A stretch of DNA of 63,279 bases, filler included, from Stramenopiles sp. TOSAG23-6 (taxonomy: Eukaryota): the NCBI GenBank assembly GCA_900128565.1. It is 3 parts of 3 records of this genome, joined end to end, with 100 filler letters (N's around TTAATTAATTAA, not from the genome) between each part and the next. Parts side by side here need not be neighbours in the genome. Positions count along the whole stretch, not along the records: positions 21,273 to 42,286 come from LT636031.1; positions 42,387 to 63,279 come from LT636033.1; 1 more part is not named here. One strand, written 5' to 3'. The notes beneath the pieces are model-generated. The model was not told where the DNA came from. It did no database searches and saw only the letters and a program-made list of their open reading frames with translations. Each line of letters begins with the position of its first letter. Position 1 is the first letter of the stretch. Below, one piece after another: positions 31,028 to 43,997 of the stretch. The position numbers and the translations under genes were made by a program.

Positions 31028-33169
31028 TTATTCATTTGAACAAACATTTTTCATAATCCATTCACCTTCCTCTAGTGCACATGTAGCATGCGTTGGATGC
31101 GTAGGTAATGCAATCCATGTATCTTTCTCTAGTGCTGCTGTCGCAGTAAGACTTTTATAAACAGTTTCATTTAATTTCAAAGTGTTTTTAATATCAACAC
31201 CAAGTAATACTGATATTGTCTTTATCGACTCCTTCTTTCTTCGACCCTTGACTATATACCAATATATTGCATCTCCCCATTTCATAATATTAGCACTATC
31301 CTTTAAACTGCTTGTATTACTCATTGTTTTAGACTTACTATATGTTGAACGTTTGGCTTTTGAGCAAGGAACTTTTGTAGTTTCATGTTTGCTATGTAAA
31401 CAATGACACGAAATCTCTCGAAATGATTTGTCAGAAGAATTACATTTCAATCTATCACACGAATAAATAGTCTCATATGCCCCCGAATTTTTATACCTTA
31501 CTTCAATGCCGTTTTTATTTTCAAAACACTCGCGAAATGAAGCTCTATACCATGCATTGTGAAAAATACCAAAAATCAATTCGTTAGGTACAAAATTTTA
31601 TACAATTTTTTTTTGAAATTCATGATAAGAAAACATACACGTACCTTTATATTCTACCATAAGGCCCGCATCATTCAAATGTAATGCATTAGCCCATGCA
31701 GACATACAAGAAGGAAGATTTGAGTGAGAAATACTGCTGGAAGTGGAAGAAGCACTTTCTTGTTGTGATAAGAGATTTTGTTCTTGATATTTACATTTGT
31801 ATGACTTATTACTAAGCATATCCTCAGTTGAACTCTTCCTTTTCTTTCTGTATGACTTATTACTAAACATATCCTCAGTTGAACTCTTCCTTTTCTTTCC
31901 AGAACTTTTCTTACGTGTTTTAGAAGTTTTGCTTGAAGTGGCAGAAGAAGGTGCAGATATTGAAGATAAGTATTGATTACGAAAAGATAAGTATTGATTA
32001 CGAAGTGATTGTAATGAAACTCCAGCCTGTTTCACACTTAACCAACCATTATCAGTTTTTTTCGATGGTACAATCCTGCGCTTCGTACATGTATTTTGGA
32101 AAAATATTTCAAAACAAAATTGTTCGTTAGGTACAAAATTTCGTACGAAAAAAAATTCGAAATTAAAAAAAATAAAATATACATATAGCCCAGCCAGAAG
32201 GTGCGTTAAACATAGCTCTAGTAGTTTCATCAACAATTATACCTTCTTTGGTCAATGCGGCATTGAAGACAACACCTTTGAAAGTTATTGTCAGTGCTTT
32301 TGGACCTGATAATAAAATCCCGGATTTGACAAGATCTAGAAGACTACATGTATTTTGGAAAAATATTTCAAAAAAAAATTGTTAGGTACAATTTCGTATG
32401 AAAAAAAATTGGAATTCGAAAAAAAATAAAACATACATGACTTTGAGGAGTTTTCATCTTCAATATCAGATGAATCAATAGCCGAATCAGTCGCCGAATT
32501 AGATGCTGAATCAAATAAAGATTCATCGGAATTATGATTTCGTTTGTTAAACTCTTCTTCTTCACTTCCAGAAGAAGTATTTGAAAAATCATGTTTTTGG
32601 TATTTATTGTAGTAGATTTGGCGAGAGTTACGTATTTTCTGAACATTTTTCGCTGAAGGAACATTTACTTGACCTCGATGCCTCAATAGAATTCGAGGAA
32701 ATATCTGAACATTACCATTTGGAAACTCCAACCAATCGGCAGTGTTGTTATCATAATCGATCAGAAATATCAATACGTGTTGATTTTTTTTATGTTGCTG
32801 ATTGTTTGTTAGGTATGGATTTTTTTCAGCAAATGGAGATAAATTAGGTAAATCCTCTTGTAATAAAACCAAAGTTTTTCCCACATCAGATTTCTTTATA
32901 TTGTAATACAACTTGATGTACCCCAAAATAAGTTGGTTGTGATATCTGACTTGTACTCTCCTTCCAATAAGGTTAGGAAAATTATTCATAATAATCTGAG
33001 ATTGATGAGGGTGAGCATAAGAATGAACTTGTCGAGAGTTATTCTTTATATGTCTAACTCTTTCCGTCTGACCATCTCTTTGAGTATTGTTACTGATAAG
33101 TTGGCCAGGTTTATCGGAATTTACGCCAATTGCATCAGGAAGAGAAAATGCTCTCATCTCAAGTGACAA
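31028..33169 (-). CDS. multidomain protein with Tudor-like, RAMA, Tudor/Agenet-like and LysM-like segments; introns 32436-32348, 32182-32089, 31638-31552
   Basis: Spliced SLLDLVKSGILLSG...FNAPSGWAIC|TKRRIVPSKKTDNGWLSVK resembles the MPND RAMA domain; VEYKGTW|YRA; C-terminal YIVKG...ESIKTISVLLGVDIKNTLKLN...IALP. Confidence 0.65.
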
Positions 33170-33545
33170 TAGTGTTTTTTTCGAAAGTGGTGAAAGAAGA
33201 ATCCATCAACAACAACGAAAAAAAATCCGCTGTTATTTTTTTCAAAAACACGAAAAATTCAGATTTTTTTTTCATGTTTTCCAAGGTTGAACATTTGAAA
33301 TGATAAATATTTTTAAAAACATCATATTTTCATTAATTCTATTCCGATGGCAAAATTTTTCTGAAGCAAACGCTGATGATGATGAAACTGTAGTTCATTT
33401 AGATATTCTATGTTTTGAAACTTAAAGTAGTGAATTAACAATGAGTCACTTGAATGAGTCCTCTTATTAAATTTCTACAAATTCAATTCAATTTTGAAAA
33501 TAAACAAGGAATATCTATTTATTATGTACGATGAATCAATTTCAT

Positions 33546-36435
33546 TCAATTTTGGCTACTACTACTACTACTTCCCATTCTGAACATTGATGCAAAATTA
33601 GCTGCTGTTGCTGCCGCAGTATTCGTATTAAATCGTTGTGAGAGTTCTGCGGCAGCATCGGACACAGTTCCTGTAAGACTTGTCGGTTTATACTCGAGAC
33701 CCATCTTTTCAATAACTTCCTGTTGATCACTTTTCTTCTCACCTTTTAGGGTCATAACACGTTGTAAATCTGCAGCGGTGCCACCAACCCATAAAATTTT
33801 AAAACTTTGAGGTAAACGTTCCAAAGGAGTCCCGATTAGTTTCAGCAGCATGACGGCTTTATTCGCTTCTTTATTTGCATATTTACTGAATGTGGAGAGA
33901 GATCGAATCATCGTAGCTTTTTCATCAGATTCTAAGTCTGAAGTCGGAACAGAAAGAAATGATGTTTTAACAGCATGTGTATCGAGTAATAGTTGTTGTG
34001 CAGCCATTTCACTGATGCGTTTACATTTGAAGATATTTTGTGTAAATCGCGGTAAAAATAAAGCTGCGAAACGATCACAGAAATTATTAAAGTAAATCGG
34101 TCCAGATAGCGCAGAACGAATGGGTATCACTTGTTCCCGAAGTATTTTTGATATTTCAACCACATAAGGAGACTGGTCGCCAACATCAACACATGTATTT
34201 TGGAAAAATATTTCAAAAAAATCGTTAGGTACAAAATTTACTATAAAAAAAAATTCCGAAATTGAAAACAAATAAAACGTACATGTACCCCACGGCATTC
34301 GATGCATTGCAATGAGAGAGGGTTCTAATTTAACGACACAACCAGATATTTATTGTGAAAAAATATTTTTAAAATTTGAAATTCATTAGGTACGGAATAA
34401 TTTAACAAAAAAAACAAATAAATAAAAATATGAAATTCATAAATGTAAAACGTACACTAGACACTTAATCGCTGCTCCAATGACATCATAAAATGCATCG
34501 GGAGAAATATCAATATGTATTTTGGAAAAATATTTCACAAAAAAAAAATTGATTTTTGTTAGGTACAAAATTTCGTATGAAAAATAAATTAGAAATTGAA
34601 AAAAAAATAAAACATACATGTTCCTCAAATACTTCGTCGATTTCATCTTGTAGCAACTCTTCTAATTGGGGCGAAGTCTCCGCACAATAGGCAGCTGTGT
34701 TTACAATAAAACAAATCCAGTCACGAGTTTTATCATCTTTAATAACAAAATGATCTCCTAAAGAAGAATTAAATTGAGACTTTGGAAGTTTTTCACTTAA
34801 TCTTTCAGAATATGTTGCTAAAACAGATTTAATTTCCTTTTGAAGTAAAAATAAAGTTTGACCATTAGAAAAATGAACACAACGTTCGATTGCTTTTTTG
34901 ATATATCGAAACAAAACTGCCGCAGATTGTAAAACTCCAATGTTACCTGATGTCATGTTTTCTTCTTCTTCTGACATAGCCTGTTCCATAATAGTAATCA
35001 TATTAGCCTTTTCAGCTTCTACATATTTTGACAAATATGGTTGAAATGCTGCGCTAATTATGCCTTTAAACTTTTTCAATTGTATTTCATTATTTATATT
35101 ATCTCCATTTTTTCCATTGAGTGACGTAGCACTCCCAAGTGGTGCATTAGAGGTGTCATCAAGACCATCATTAAAACGATTTGTCTCTCTTTTCTCTTTT
35201 TCTTTCTTTTCACGTTCGATTCGTTTGGCTTCAGTCCTCTGTTTTTCATATTTTCTACGAATGCCTTCTGCACTATTTGGATCAATTAATTGACCATCAT
35301 CATCAAATTCTGGACCACCTCCACCACTACGATTTGTTGAATCATCAGAATCTTCAATTTCTTTAAAACGATCACATAACATACGTTCAAATGATTTGGT
35401 TACACGAAGATGATGCATTAATAATTTCACATGCAAATCTTCGTTCAATAAAGAATTCAATTGAAGCCGCGTCGCTTCACAAAATTGAATACAAATGCGC
35501 CGACACATTTGCCAATTTTGGGGGAAAACGTCAGCTAAATGTTTATCAAAGATCTTGAGAAGTCGTTTAAACCATTTAAAACGTCGATCAACTGCAGCTT
35601 CTTCAGTTAAAATATAACCTTCGCCACCTCTCCCAAATAATCGATTATATGGACGAAGTTGATCTTCATAAAATAAGCGGATAAGTCTCTTTTGATGTGT
35701 ACCACCGATTGATTCAACTACGAGGCAAGCATCACGTAGAGCTTCAGGGTCTATACCAGCTAACTGAGGATTATCTATAATTGCTCCAACTTCTCGAAAT
35801 TGATCAAATATTTTCTCCTTTAAATCTTTTTGAAGCTCTTTGACGACACCACATAACTCAGCCACCTTTGGTACATCCGTGTATGCTTCAAAATATGATG
35901 CTAATGATGTTACAGCACTCACCAGGTACGCTGCACGGTTATATTCTCCAGTCTTTGACATCTTTTGGAGTTGGTCAATGGCAGTCACCCACATTTGGAG
36001 CTTCTTCAGGGATGCAATTGTCGTAGTCAAGTGATGCTTTGCGGAATCTAATTGTTTAATATCGCGGCATATTTCTTCTACCATTACTTCAGACTGCTCT
36101 GCTTTTGACTTGATATCTTTTATTTTGTGCGAAAGCTGCAGGATAGACTGCTTCGCATCATCTACATCACGTGAAGTCTGCTTTGAAGCAACAGCCTGTT
36201 CTCTAATTGCTTCAAATATTTCCTCATCTAAATTTTGTATTCGATCATTTAAATCTACAGAAAATTGATCAATGCGTGAAAGGGATACTTCATCTGGAAA
36301 TTGTGTGTTCAAATACGCAATAGGATCAAAGTCAGCACAATCTAGAGGGTCGTCCGAAGGAAGCACGTCTGCGATAGCTCGTTCTACAGCATCACTGAAA
36401 CGGTCACGATCAACTGGACTCTGAGATGCTGGCAT
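33546..36435 (-). CDS. VPS53: GARP complex subunit Vps53; introns 34617-34515, 34455-34348, 34282-34193
   Basis: DPLDCADFDPIAYLNTQFP, ICRDIKQLDSAKHHLT, VGDQSPYV, AQQLLLDTHAVK. Confidence 0.93.
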
Positions 36436-36749
36436 ATAGGCCGCCAAGGACACAACAGTATTGTGTTTGTAATATCAATGTGGGAAGCAGTGCAAATTGA
36501 ATTGGTATTTAAGTCTGCCTAAAATTCCAGCGAATGATGAAAGCGATGAGACGAATTAAGATGTCAACACGACGACTTTGACCCACGGGAACCCTAACCC
36601 TAGCCTAGCGTGTCTATCAAGAATTTCAAAATTCATGATGGCTGTCATAAAAAAAACACTTTCGATTTCGGCAAGAGCAAAGCTTTGCCTTTGAGTTGTT
36701 CAATTTAAATTGGATCATAAAGTCGTGATTACTTCATATCGGAAAAAGA

Positions 36750-37388
36750 ATGCCGGAGACTTATCTTGTAGCGTACTTAAAAGTGACTGGAAATCTTGAA
36801 GAGTTCAAGACAGAATATGCAGCAAAAGTACCAAAGACTTTAGAACCCTTCGATGGACGCTATTTGGCAAAAGCTCTCCCTTTGAGTAATGCAAAATTTT
36901 CTGAAGGGACTACTGCAAAGGACTACACGTTGTGTGCAGTACTTGTATTTCCAAGCAAAGAAAAAGCTATGGCATGGAAAAGTAGTGCTGCGTATCAAGC
37001 TATCCTTCCTGCACGAAAAGCAAATACTCAAGGTCCTGTCGCCATTGTCGAAGGACTTGGAAATGAATCCAAGCTGAGTGGTAAGGTAAAGGCAATTCTT
37101 GTCGCTTTCCTCAATGTATCCGACATGGACACTTTCAAGCAATATGCAGGTAAAGTCCCAAGCACGTTAGAACCGGTTAATGGCCAATATTTGGTCAAAG
37201 CCTTGCCTCTTGACAAAACTGCTCTTTATGCGGAGGGTTCGGAAAGTTTTACTCTCGCAGCTGTACTTGGTTTTGAAAGTATCGAAAAAGCTATGGAGTG
37301 GCACGACTCTAAACTTTATCATGAAGAAACTTTGCCTCTGCGCCTGAAAAGTGCTACTGGTCCAATGTGTATCACTGCAACGCTGTAA
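36750..37388 (+). CDS. tandem DUF1330-like (dimeric alpha+beta barrel) protein
   Basis: Two ~100-aa copies of Y...V..TL.P..G.YL...F.S.EKA..W..S..Y...P.R. Confidence 0.75.
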   Translation: MPETYLVAYLKVTGNLEEFKTEYAAKVPKTLEPFDGRYLAKALPLSNAKFSEGTTAKDYTLCAVLVFPSKEKAMAWKSSAAYQAILPARKANTQGPVAIVEGLGNESKLSGKVKAILVAFLNVSDMDTFKQYAGKVPSTLEPVNGQYLVKALPLDKTALYAEGSESFTLAAVLGFESIEKAMEWHDSKLYHEETLPLRLKSATGPMCITATL

Positions 37389-37635
37389 TTGAAAGTGATG
37401 ATTGAAACAATTCTACTAAAACGATAATCACAGTAACAATTCGCTAAGCAAAAATGTCCAATAGCGATGGGATACACATAAAATTTTGGATATTTTTTAA
37501 GTTTCGAATATAAAAATGTAAAATTCCTCAAATGATTGTTTTATTATTTTTGAATAATAGTATTATTCTAATTAACAATATTTGGTACACATTTGAATGT
37601 TTTTCGTCTCAAATCTTTAATAATATCTTCTGATA

Positions 37636-40600
37636 TTACAAGATAAACATTAAAATGCAAAAAGTTATACTCAAGAAGGACGCCAATTCTTTTGATGAAG
37701 CTCCACTTGAACCTAATGCCATCGCATGTACATTTTCAGCAGTTACAGTTGGAACTAAACCATTATTGACTTTTGCCGATAACAATCGATCTTTCGTTAA
37801 TGCTTCCATCTCTTTTCCCATCAATTGGAGTTCATTTTTTTCTGATTCGTTAGCAGTCATTTGTACAGTCATATCTACTTTGAGAGAACCATCGTAAATT
37901 TTCACCCCATTTGTACCATTTTTAACAGATAGTAAACCTCCCGATTCAACTGCAGTCACAATTTCACTCTTAAGTTTTGCAGCGTTAACACTAGCATCAT
38001 ATTCCATATTGTATTTAAGAGTTATATCAGCACTAAATGTTGCTTTTGCATTCGGTTTAAGTTCTTTTTCTCCGCCTTTGCTGGTATCATCTTTTACGGT
38101 TACGTCTCCATCTTTTGTTTTGTCATTCGGTGTTGGAGTTTTGTCATTCGGTGTTGGAGTAGGAGGGCTAGTACACGACGTTTTCTGTAATAACCAGTTG
38201 CCATCTGTATCACATTCCCTGGTAATAGCACCGCTTTGTCCAGAAGGGCACGCTATTGACGCTGTTTTGCCAGCTTCAGTGGTTGGAAAGCCATCAACTG
38301 CATTGCAATCAGGGGACTTCGGGGGAAGACCAACCTCCATATCACTCTGTCTCTTTACAAAGATCCATCGGCCTGCAGATAAACCAGTTGCGCAGAGTAA
38401 ACCATCTTTTGTCGTAATAGTCGTCTTTATAGGAACACCAATGACACCCGATTCAGTAGATTGTGCAACATCGAGAGTATCAAATTTTGTACAAATCTCC
38501 TTATCAGGCACATCAACTTTCCTACACAATAATGTGCTGGCCCCTTCTACTTCAGTTTTTACAAACGAGTCATTTAGAGTTTGTCCAATGATGTGCCCTT
38601 TAGCATTAGGTACGTTAGCCCATTTTTCACACGCTTGATATTCAGATGGCATAAGTCTTCTTCGTGTACTTAGGGGTTTTGTATTATAAAGACCAAGACC
38701 AAGTTCAAGGTTTTCAACAACACGTGTTTTGTCTCCACTTGAGCAACTTTTTGTTGTGCAACCACCAGGACATGAAATACGGACACTTGCATTAGCCAAT
38801 TCAAATCCACTCGACGCTATACTTTCACATAACACAGTTTTTGACTTGAGTACAACATTGACTACTCCTTTTTGTTCTTGAACTTTGTCACTTCCAACAC
38901 CACACGCATTTGCCACAACAGAAATCGCTGCAACGTTAGGAGCCGTATGACATTGAATTTGACGTTTATACATTTCATTAAATACGACAGCAATTCCATC
39001 ATCAATTAATGCATCCATTTTTCGTCTATCAATATCATCATCCACAACATACTTTGAAGTGTACTCTCTCTTCATCCATTGTCCCCGTCGAACTTCACCT
39101 GCAGTTGTCCACTTACCTGGATACCATTGTGCTCTGGGGTACCACTTTTTATCTGAACATTTACTTGTATTTTCACAGTCTGCTTTGCTCAATCCGGTCT
39201 CGGTCCAATCATTGTGTTTAGATCCACATGTACCTCCATGGGCATCACACGATACTTTATCGTTGGCCTCTTTAATCCATTTGTGATTTTTCATTGCTTC
39301 GCATTCTCCTTTTTTATACACTGGAGCATGGCAACCAAATTTATGTGCGTAATCGTAAGTACTGGCATTATGATCACCATTCAGAAAAATATTACGACAG
39401 GACTTGCGTCGGCCAGTTTCATCGGGTTCATATGGAAGTATACACTTACCACCACGTACATCCCAATCTGTACATTCCCCTTGCTGAGTACATTCGGCTT
39501 CAGTTTTACACGATGAATGTCTGTAGAATTTACACTGCATCAAACGTGACATTTTGGCCTCCGTGACAGATAATGTATGAAGTGACAATACTGCATCTTT
39601 GTGTTCATTAATACAATCTTGATCACTTGTTGGAGCAGATGTCATATTACGTAAAAAACATGTTTGTGTCCACCAATCAAAGTCACCTTTAGCAGCATGA
39701 CATGAAGTATAATCCGTCGCCGATTTAACTTCACATGAAACTTCACATTTTCCACGGTCAGACTTACTATCTTTACCTGATAATGTGCTACATGAATAAA
39801 ATGTCGCCGCTTCCTTTTTGCATACTGCTTCACCTTGCTCATCATTAAAATCAAAATCGCGAAGCAAGCAAACCTTTTCGGTATCATTCCATTCATACTT
39901 TGATGTGCAATCATTTTGAGATTTATCAACAACACACAATGACTTTTTAGCATTATACGAAGTATAATTGTTATGACATGCAGAACAATGCCTGTTGCAA
40001 CTTCCAGAATCTTCACCAAGACATTTGGCATTATAATCCCTACCCTGATTCCTCCTGTAACAAAGGCCTTCTTCGCATGCTTGTTTACTGTCGTTGTAAC
40101 CTTTATAATGAGTTCGACCTTCCCACCATTGACCAGCATTTTTTTCACAATTTGCTTTGTTCACGTCAGTTTTGCTATGACTCCTAAACACAAGACACAA
40201 ACCAGCCCCACTAGCATAGTTGCTGTAAAAATAAAGACCCGAAAACATTGGGATAGTATTATTAGCAGTTTTTAATGAATGACACTTATCGTTATCGTTC
40301 TTATCAGGAAAGAAACACATGGGTTCTCGACATTGATGATGGTCTCGATTTTCATTATGATCAACCGGCAGAATGGATTCGTTTGGTTCACATTTCACTA
40401 CCCACTGGTTCAATTGTTGCTTTGTCTTTGTGTCACATGTTGAAGTATCACATTTCTTAATATGCTCACAATAAGCCTTTGAGTCTGTTTCAATATGATG
40501 AAAATATCCTGGAAACTTTGACGATGCATCCTTAAAACATGCTTTAACACACGTAGGTGGGTATGTCGTATTCCTACGAGGTTTAGGACATACTTCTGAC

Positions 40601-42236
40601 GGTAAACATTTTTGCAAATTCCTCTTATCAGGACGCCCACAAATGTTTCTACCATGTCTTGACAGTAAAGTAGATTTAGTAGTGAGAATTTCTGTCTCAA
40701 CTTTTGTCCATGCACTATGACCATTTTCCGAACAAGTGCACCCTCTATTTTTATTCCAGTAGCATCTCTCAATTACGCATTGATCTAAATCCATGTCTTG
40801 TTCACAATTACCACCTCCACAGTATTGCCCACAAAAAAAGTTATCACCATTAACATCAGTTACACCTTCTTTTTTGAAACATTCATCTTTTGTAGTTGGT
40901 GTCACTCCATTATCTCTCCAATTACAGTTCTTTTCTAACTCGCACAATGAGAGATTGGCCTCTTGCCATACATGTCCATTAGAAGTATAAGCATAACCAG
41001 ACTTAAGTCTATGAAATGTACCAACTGATTCATTTACATCAACCCATTTGTAATCAAGATCTTTTTGACAATCAACCTTTGCATGGTTCACATACGTCTC
41101 ACCATTTTTTGCTTTCGTAGCAGTTGGTACACAAAACGACAATTTCTTTACAGCAGTATCGCAACTAACAATCATCTCTGAATCAAGACGATTTTGCGCC
41201 GAATCACCAAAATGATTTTGGCCTACTTTACAGTAACTTTTCTTATTTTTGTCATCATAGAGAGAGGTCACTGTAATGCCATTCATAGCTTCCAATGCTT
41301 TGCATTGTTCTTCTGTTAGAGGGCCTGTTTTCAAATCAATCATACACACACCCTGTTCATGCATGTATCCACTACCAACACAATTTTTCATTGTAACCTT
41401 TTTCATCCATTTTTGTTCTGCACAGTAGTAATAATCGCTCGGTTTTTTTATCAACTCTGTTGCTTTCGTCAAATCCGAAGGGCAAACTAAACTTTTAGAA
41501 GTTGGAACATCGTATAAACCTGCCAACAGTCCACTAGAATTCACAATTTTACTACTGAATCCTAAATCATCTGCAACATAATCCCAAACGCCCGGATCTT
41601 TCTCAGTGCCATGAGGAGCATTTTGTACCCAACATTTAAATAATGCTTTTGCTGCAGCTGATCCACTCATTTGCGTACATTGTTTCTTGCTATGATTGTC
41701 AGAGCATACTCCAGAATAACAATCACTCGATGTTGTGCAATCGTCTAAATTTGCCTTTGTTTTACCGTGATATACAGCCGATTGACATTCATTGACAAAT
41801 TTCCTTGCTGCGTCAATGTCGTCCTCTGATGCATTTTGCTCAACTTCACTATCGCAGTTCATATCACCTGGAATATTTTTCAGGTACATCTGTTTACCGT
41901 AATATTGAATAAAGGATTTTGCTTTTTCATAATCAGCACCACATCCTCCAGGTTCAGTCTTTTCTTTTTTTGCAATTGCCGTCGCTGTATCAGAAAGCAC
42001 ACAATCATCTTTACCTGGTTCACCACCTACTCCAACAGAACACGTGTCAGTGTGAACACCCACTTTTTCTTCTCTGACGCAACATTGTGTCCACGCAGCA
42101 ATTTTGCTACAACAAGGATCCTTGTTGAATTCGGCTTTTTTTGCTGGATCATTTGGATCTATTGTACAAGCCACTGAATTGGGTAGCGTAACGGTAGTCG
42201 TTGCAGGTGTCAAAAAGGAATCAAGGTAGTGTAAGC
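37636..42236 (-). CDS. large Cys-rich cell-surface protein, terminal exon only, probable GPI anchor
   Basis: More than 1500 aa, Cys-rich, RRRL motif, PTP linker, hydrophobic C-terminal tail; preceded by a truncated family intron at 42237-42286. Confidence 0.75.
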
Positions 42237-42286
42237 ATGTATTGTGAAAAATATTTTTTTTTTTGGTTTAAAAAAATCGTTAGGTA

Positions 42287-42386
42287 NNNNNNNNNNNNNN
42301 NNNNNNNNNNNNNNNNNNNNNNNNNNNNNNTTAATTAATTAANNNNNNNNNNNNNNNNNNNNNNNNNNNNNNNNNNNNNNNNNNNN
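42287..42386. other. artificial contig linker
   Basis: Ns flanking TTAATTAATTAA. Confidence 0.95.
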
Positions 42387-42950
42387 ACCAGACTTGCCCT
42401 CCAATCGATCCTCGTTAAGGGATTTAAATTGTACTCATTCCAATTGCAAGACACTGTGTGCCCCGCATTGATATTTATTGTCACTACCTCCCCGAATTGG
42501 GATTGGGTAATTTACGCGCCTGCTGCCTTCCTTGGATGTGGTAGCCATTTCTCAGGCTCCCTCTCCGGAATCGAACCCTAATTCTCCGTTACCCGTCACC
42601 GCCATGGTAGTCCAATACACTACCATCGAAAGCTGATAGGGCAGAAACTTGAATGATTCATCGCCGGCACAAAGGCCTCTGCGATCCGCACAGTTATTAT
42701 GACTCACCAAAGGCCTCCGAAAAGGGTTGGTTGATATCTAATAAACGCATCTCCACCAGAAGAAGAGAATTTAATGCATGTATTAGCTCTAGAATTACTA
42801 CGGTTATCCAAGTAGTAAGGTATTATCAAATAAACTATAACTGATATAATGAGCCGTTCGCAGTTTCACTGTATAAAATTGTTTATACTTACACATGCAT
42901 GGCTTAATCTTTGAGACGAGCGTATGACTACTGGCAGGATCAACCAGGTT
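42387..42950 (-). rRNA. 18S rRNA, 5' ~560 nt (truncated at contig end)
   Basis: Minus strand begins AACCTGGTTGATCCTGCCAGTAGTCATACGCTCGTCTCAAAGATTAAGCCATGCATG and contains CCGGAGAGGGAGCCTGAGA and GGAGGGCAAGTCTGGT. Confidence 0.99.
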
Positions 42951-43997
42951 ACTATCATATGCCTTGTATATAATACCATACTAAAGTACAATACTATACA
43001 CAAGTCGTTGTGAAAACAGGAATATTTAAACTAATAAATGTTCCAGTGTTTTCTTTCAGTGTGTAATTTGTAATGCAATCAGTCTAATGTACTACAGTCA
43101 AACGACTATACTCATGAACTAATGCGTTTCCAATTGCCTACTGAAATCCTCCCTCAGTCTAATCATCGAAAAGTAGTCACACAGTCATATTATCAACAAT
43201 ATGGTGGACACTTTACCAAGATAAACCGACGGTGCAAGGTCTAATCACATCTAATGCAAATATTTCATATATCAAAGTGATACATTCATATAGGCTTCAA
43301 TCGACAGGTCCATTGCGGGTTGAGTGCATTATACTAATACGCATAGCGGAATAGTACAAACTCTCCGTCAGAGCTTCAGTCATCACCAGTGCATCGGTGC
43401 TGAAGGCTTTTCAACTGACCCTAATAGATTTCACTCATCTCTCGCTTTAAAAGCAATCAATGCGGAAAATGTATCAGTAATGTCTTTTTGCAAGCGCAAA
43501 AATTAAAGGGAAGCAGCAATAAATTGAGAAATTCAAATTTTTCGTGTTTCACGACGAATCAGTTTTCATCTCAATTCAGACTACCCCTCTCATATAATAC
43601 TGCGACGGGCGCATGGTGCGGGGGACATAAGACGTCAAATGACCCCCCCTTTTTCCCTATTCAATTGCTGTTTTCATCAAAAATGACGATTTTGCTGAGC
43701 ACCCTTCTCTTTTTCTACATCTATTTTGTACCATTTAAGTACAAAAAAATAATTTGAAAAAGAAAGGTGTACGGCAGAAATTGATTTTTTTGATATTTCA
43801 CTTTATTTTCGATATTACCCGGTAACCTAAAAAGTCTTGAGCGACATAATTATATGCGGTTACAAATTTACCACGTAGCCTATACCCTTCAATTAAAGAT
43901 TTGATAGATAAATCTTAACTAGCCTAAAAACTCTTGACCATGGTCAACCTAAATAAAAAATGCGTATTATAGAGGAGACATGAGAATAATCAGTTAA

